A stretch of 63,190 nucleotides of DNA, counting the filler, from Rhabdomonas costata (lineage: Eukaryota), in assembly GCA_019059605.1 (NCBI GenBank). It is 54 parts of 54 records of this genome, joined end to end, with 100 filler letters (N's around TTAATTAATTAA, not from the genome) between each part and the next. Parts side by side here need not be neighbours in the genome. Positions count along the whole stretch, not along the records: positions 59,780 to 60,851 come from JAHMHO010030140.1; positions 60,952 to 62,023 come from JAHMHO010030141.1; positions 62,124 to 63,190 come from JAHMHO010030142.1; 51 more parts are not named here. One strand, given 5' to 3'. The notes beneath the pieces are model-generated. The model was not told the DNA's origin. It ran no database searches and saw only the letters and a list, made by a program, of their open reading frames with translations. Position 1 is the first letter of the stretch, and every line of letters starts with the position of its first letter. This document shows, piece by piece, positions 60,617 through 63,190 of the stretch. A program made the translations under genes and the position numbers.

Positions 60617-61547
60617 CTGCACACAATAGCAAACCGGTGATTCTGCCGCGACTGAAGGGTGGATGAAAATAAAAACGCTGGAGCACTCAAGGACGCCAAA
60701 TATGGGGAAGGAGATGCTGTCGCTGAACCCAATCACAAGCACAAGCCGCCCCAACAAGGACAATGCACTCGACTTTCTTCTGCTTCCACTCCTCCCCAAA
60801 AAGAAAATTTTTGATAGTCAAATACTTAAATGCCGGTCATCACAACCCCCCNNNNNNNNNNNNNNNNNNNNNNNNNNNNNNNNNNNNNNNNNNNNTTAAT
60901 TAATTAANNNNNNNNNNNNNNNNNNNNNNNNNNNNNNNNNNNNNNNNNNNNTTTGTTGGTCCCCCGCAAACGCGTTTGAGCACGCCTGGTCTGATTTCCG
61001 TCAGTTTTCGTTCCAAAAAAATTTCATCGTCTTTTCAATGCTATGCACACGGCACGGCGCAAATAGGCTTGTGGCCAAGAAAGCGAAAAAAGTACAGAAA
61101 GGAGGTGACCAACAACAGGCTGGTAGAACAAATCTATAGGGAGTAACACAAGTAAGGGCGCTGCACGCAAGATCCTCAAACACCAAACCCACGCGAGTGA
61201 CGCAACCGCACGAACAACCGAGACACAAAAGACTTCACTGGAAACAGGAAAGCTCGGAAGAGGACCCAACCAACACAACAAATCAATGTTGACTTAATCA
61301 TGAACAAATTATTGGGTGTATTCATTTTTTGGACTTGTCGAGGTGCTGATTCTTTTTGCTAGTTTAGGGGGCTTGACATCCCCCCGCCAACACAAGCCAA
61401 AGTTGCCACCACCCCACCTCTCGGCTCCCTCGTCCTTCTTTGCTCCCCCTTTGACCACGATGGAGCGCAATGCGTTTGCAGGCCCACCCGACGGCAAGGC
61501 ACTCCCTGGGTGGAATCCTGGGACCGGGCAGCTGCTTCAACGTGTCC

Positions 61548-62023
61548 ATGAGCCGAGTCTTTCTGGCCTGGTTGTCGGGGAGCACAGTGGGTCTTCCTCC
61601 CAGCCCCTTCGTGCATGTTCCCTATGGCTCCAGCCAGGTAACGCAGGTAACGGCTGCATTGGCTGAGCAAGCCCTACTCTTCGGTGACGCTGATCAAGCT
61701 GCTGGGGTGTTGGATGACTCGCCACCTGCTTCTGCGCCAGTCACTGTCCAGCAGAGTGTCCCCCGACAGGGTACCGCAGGGCTGCGACACTGCTGCCCGA
61801 TCCTAGCATGCAAGTCGTCATACGTGAACAGTCAGGCCCTGCTTAACCACATTGAGACCATCCACCTCTCCAGTTCAGATGGTGATCTGGTGATCTCTGA
61901 GTCCTTCTTGTCTGCTTACTCGCGATGGCTGTGCTGCGGCCTGTTCATGCCCCTCAACAAGTCGTGCAGGGGGTGCCAGAAGCGTGGCCCTCGCGACCAC
62001 TGCCGTCGTCCCCAAGCTGGAGT
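61548..62023 (+). mobile_element. Probable 5' part of a CRE/SLACS-clade non-LTR retrotransposon ORF (N-terminal zinc fingers)
   Basis: Intronless frame with CPILACKSSYVNSQALLNHIETIH, then FLSAYSRWLCCGL....SCRGC. This C2H2 + RWLC arrangement resembles CRE-like ORFs. RT is not reached. Confidence 0.5.
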
Positions 62024-62311
62024 NNNNNNNNNNNNNNNNNNNNNNNNNNNNNNNNNNNNNNNNNNNNTTAATTAATTAANNNNNNNNNNNNNNNNNNNNN
62101 NNNNNNNNNNNNNNNNNNNNNNNAGTACACCCTGGGTCCTGCAGATTCCCCGAAAGCATATCCTCCCAAGTGCCCTTAGGAACCCCAAGCAAAGTAGTAG
62201 GAGAGTGAACGGATCTCAAGGGATGTGCACATTGCTTTCTTCCCAAGTGCGGGAATCCGTCTCTATTATCTCTCTATCAATTGGACAGCCCACCCATCCA
62301 CCAATGCACAC

Positions 62312-63081
62312 CGTCCGGGCAGAGGCGATGTCGTTCCCATCTGTGGTGTTGTCCTCCGCAGGGCTCTCCTCCATTAAAACATCCTCGCCTTCACCGTCCT
62401 CTCCGTCCGCGTCCCCGCTCCGGAGCTGCTGCAGGACGGCTTGGGGGATGTATCGCTTGACTTGACTGAGGCTGCGGAAGATCCTGAGGCAGGACTGCTG
62501 CGTGGAGGTCGGGTTCTGCCAACACAACAACACAGGTTACACAGGGGCATGAAGCGATCTCGCGGAAAAGTTGGCGAAAAAGTCTTGCAGCGAGAGGCAA
62601 AGTTCAAAAAGCTGGCAATCCATTTCTCGTTTTCGGGGTATCCCGGGGTCGCGAGGACATGCGTTGGGGCCATGGTATACTGCGGTTCGGGATATGCCCC
62701 CCCCCGGCCATGGAGTGAACGCGGAATACTATGGAAGTGAAGTGAAGGGCACGTTTGCTTCTGCGGTGCTTTCTTGATTCGCGCGAGAATCCCAGCATCC
62801 CCTCTCAGGCTGGAATAAAGGCTAGGCCTGTGTTTCACACGTTCAAGATGGAAAAAAAAAGACAAAGGAGCGAAAGAGAGGCGAGGGTGAAGAAAAGAAT
62901 TCAGCGAGAGGGCGGACGGTTAAAGCCCAGCAAGCAGAAGAAAAAAAGCAGCAGGACCGGGACTTCTTCTAGGAAGGCCATCCGATCCAAGTCAAACGTA
63001 GCAATGGCGTCCGAGAGCTCTATGGCAACCTGGACATCATCCAGCTGCCGACGCATGTCCCGCAACCGAGCCTGAATCCTC
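62312..63081 (-). CDS. Euglenozoan adenylate-cyclase-like protein, pre-catalytic helical region (exons 63081-62958, 62515-62312)
   Basis: VAIELSDAIATFDLDRMAFLEEVP|NPTSTQQSCLRIFRSLSQVKRYIPQAVL followed by an acidic linker. The (K/R).Y(L/I)PQ.(V/L)L motif typically precedes class III cyclase domains. Confidence 0.55.
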
Positions 63082-63190
63082 CTGGGATGTGGTGAGGAAG
63101 TACGTCACACATAGTCACCGGGATTTGCAGACGACATTTCATCACTCATCATGGGTGTCTTCCACAAAACCACCCAAACACACCCACCAC

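Overview
This window is not contiguous DNA. It is 54 unrelated ~1.07-kb contigs joined by 53 artificial 100-nt spacers (N44-TTAATTAATTAA-N44), so nothing can be linked across a spacer. Contig ends are G/T-rich (5') and C/A-rich (3') and several carry fold-back hairpins, which points to a whole-genome-amplified, probably single-cell, assembly. Most contigs come from an intron-dense eukaryote with short GC3-rich exons and GT-AG introns. A euglenozoan, probably a euglenid, is inferred from a PAC-like gene, the AMP deaminase and the cyclase-like fragments. Recognisable host fragments are AMP deaminase, cytochrome b5 reductase-like, HECT E3, EF-hand, Kelch, fucosyltransferase-like, TPR, metallophosphoesterase, calpain, sulfite oxidase-family, PAS, HMG-CoA reductase, Sushi repeats, F-box and a MAPKKK. 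Three very AT-rich, intronless contigs look like giant-virus (Mimiviridae-like) DNA: (i) the N-terminal part of a Fanzor-like protein, head-to-head with a triple C2H2 zinc-finger gene; (ii) a pol-beta-type nucleotidyltransferase; (iii) two ORFans, each about 90 nt downstream of an AAAATTGA motif. The other highlight is an intronless photoactivated adenylyl cyclase (PAC) homolog whose BLUF domain has lost its photochemical residues. All family calls come from motif recognition by eye, with no database search.
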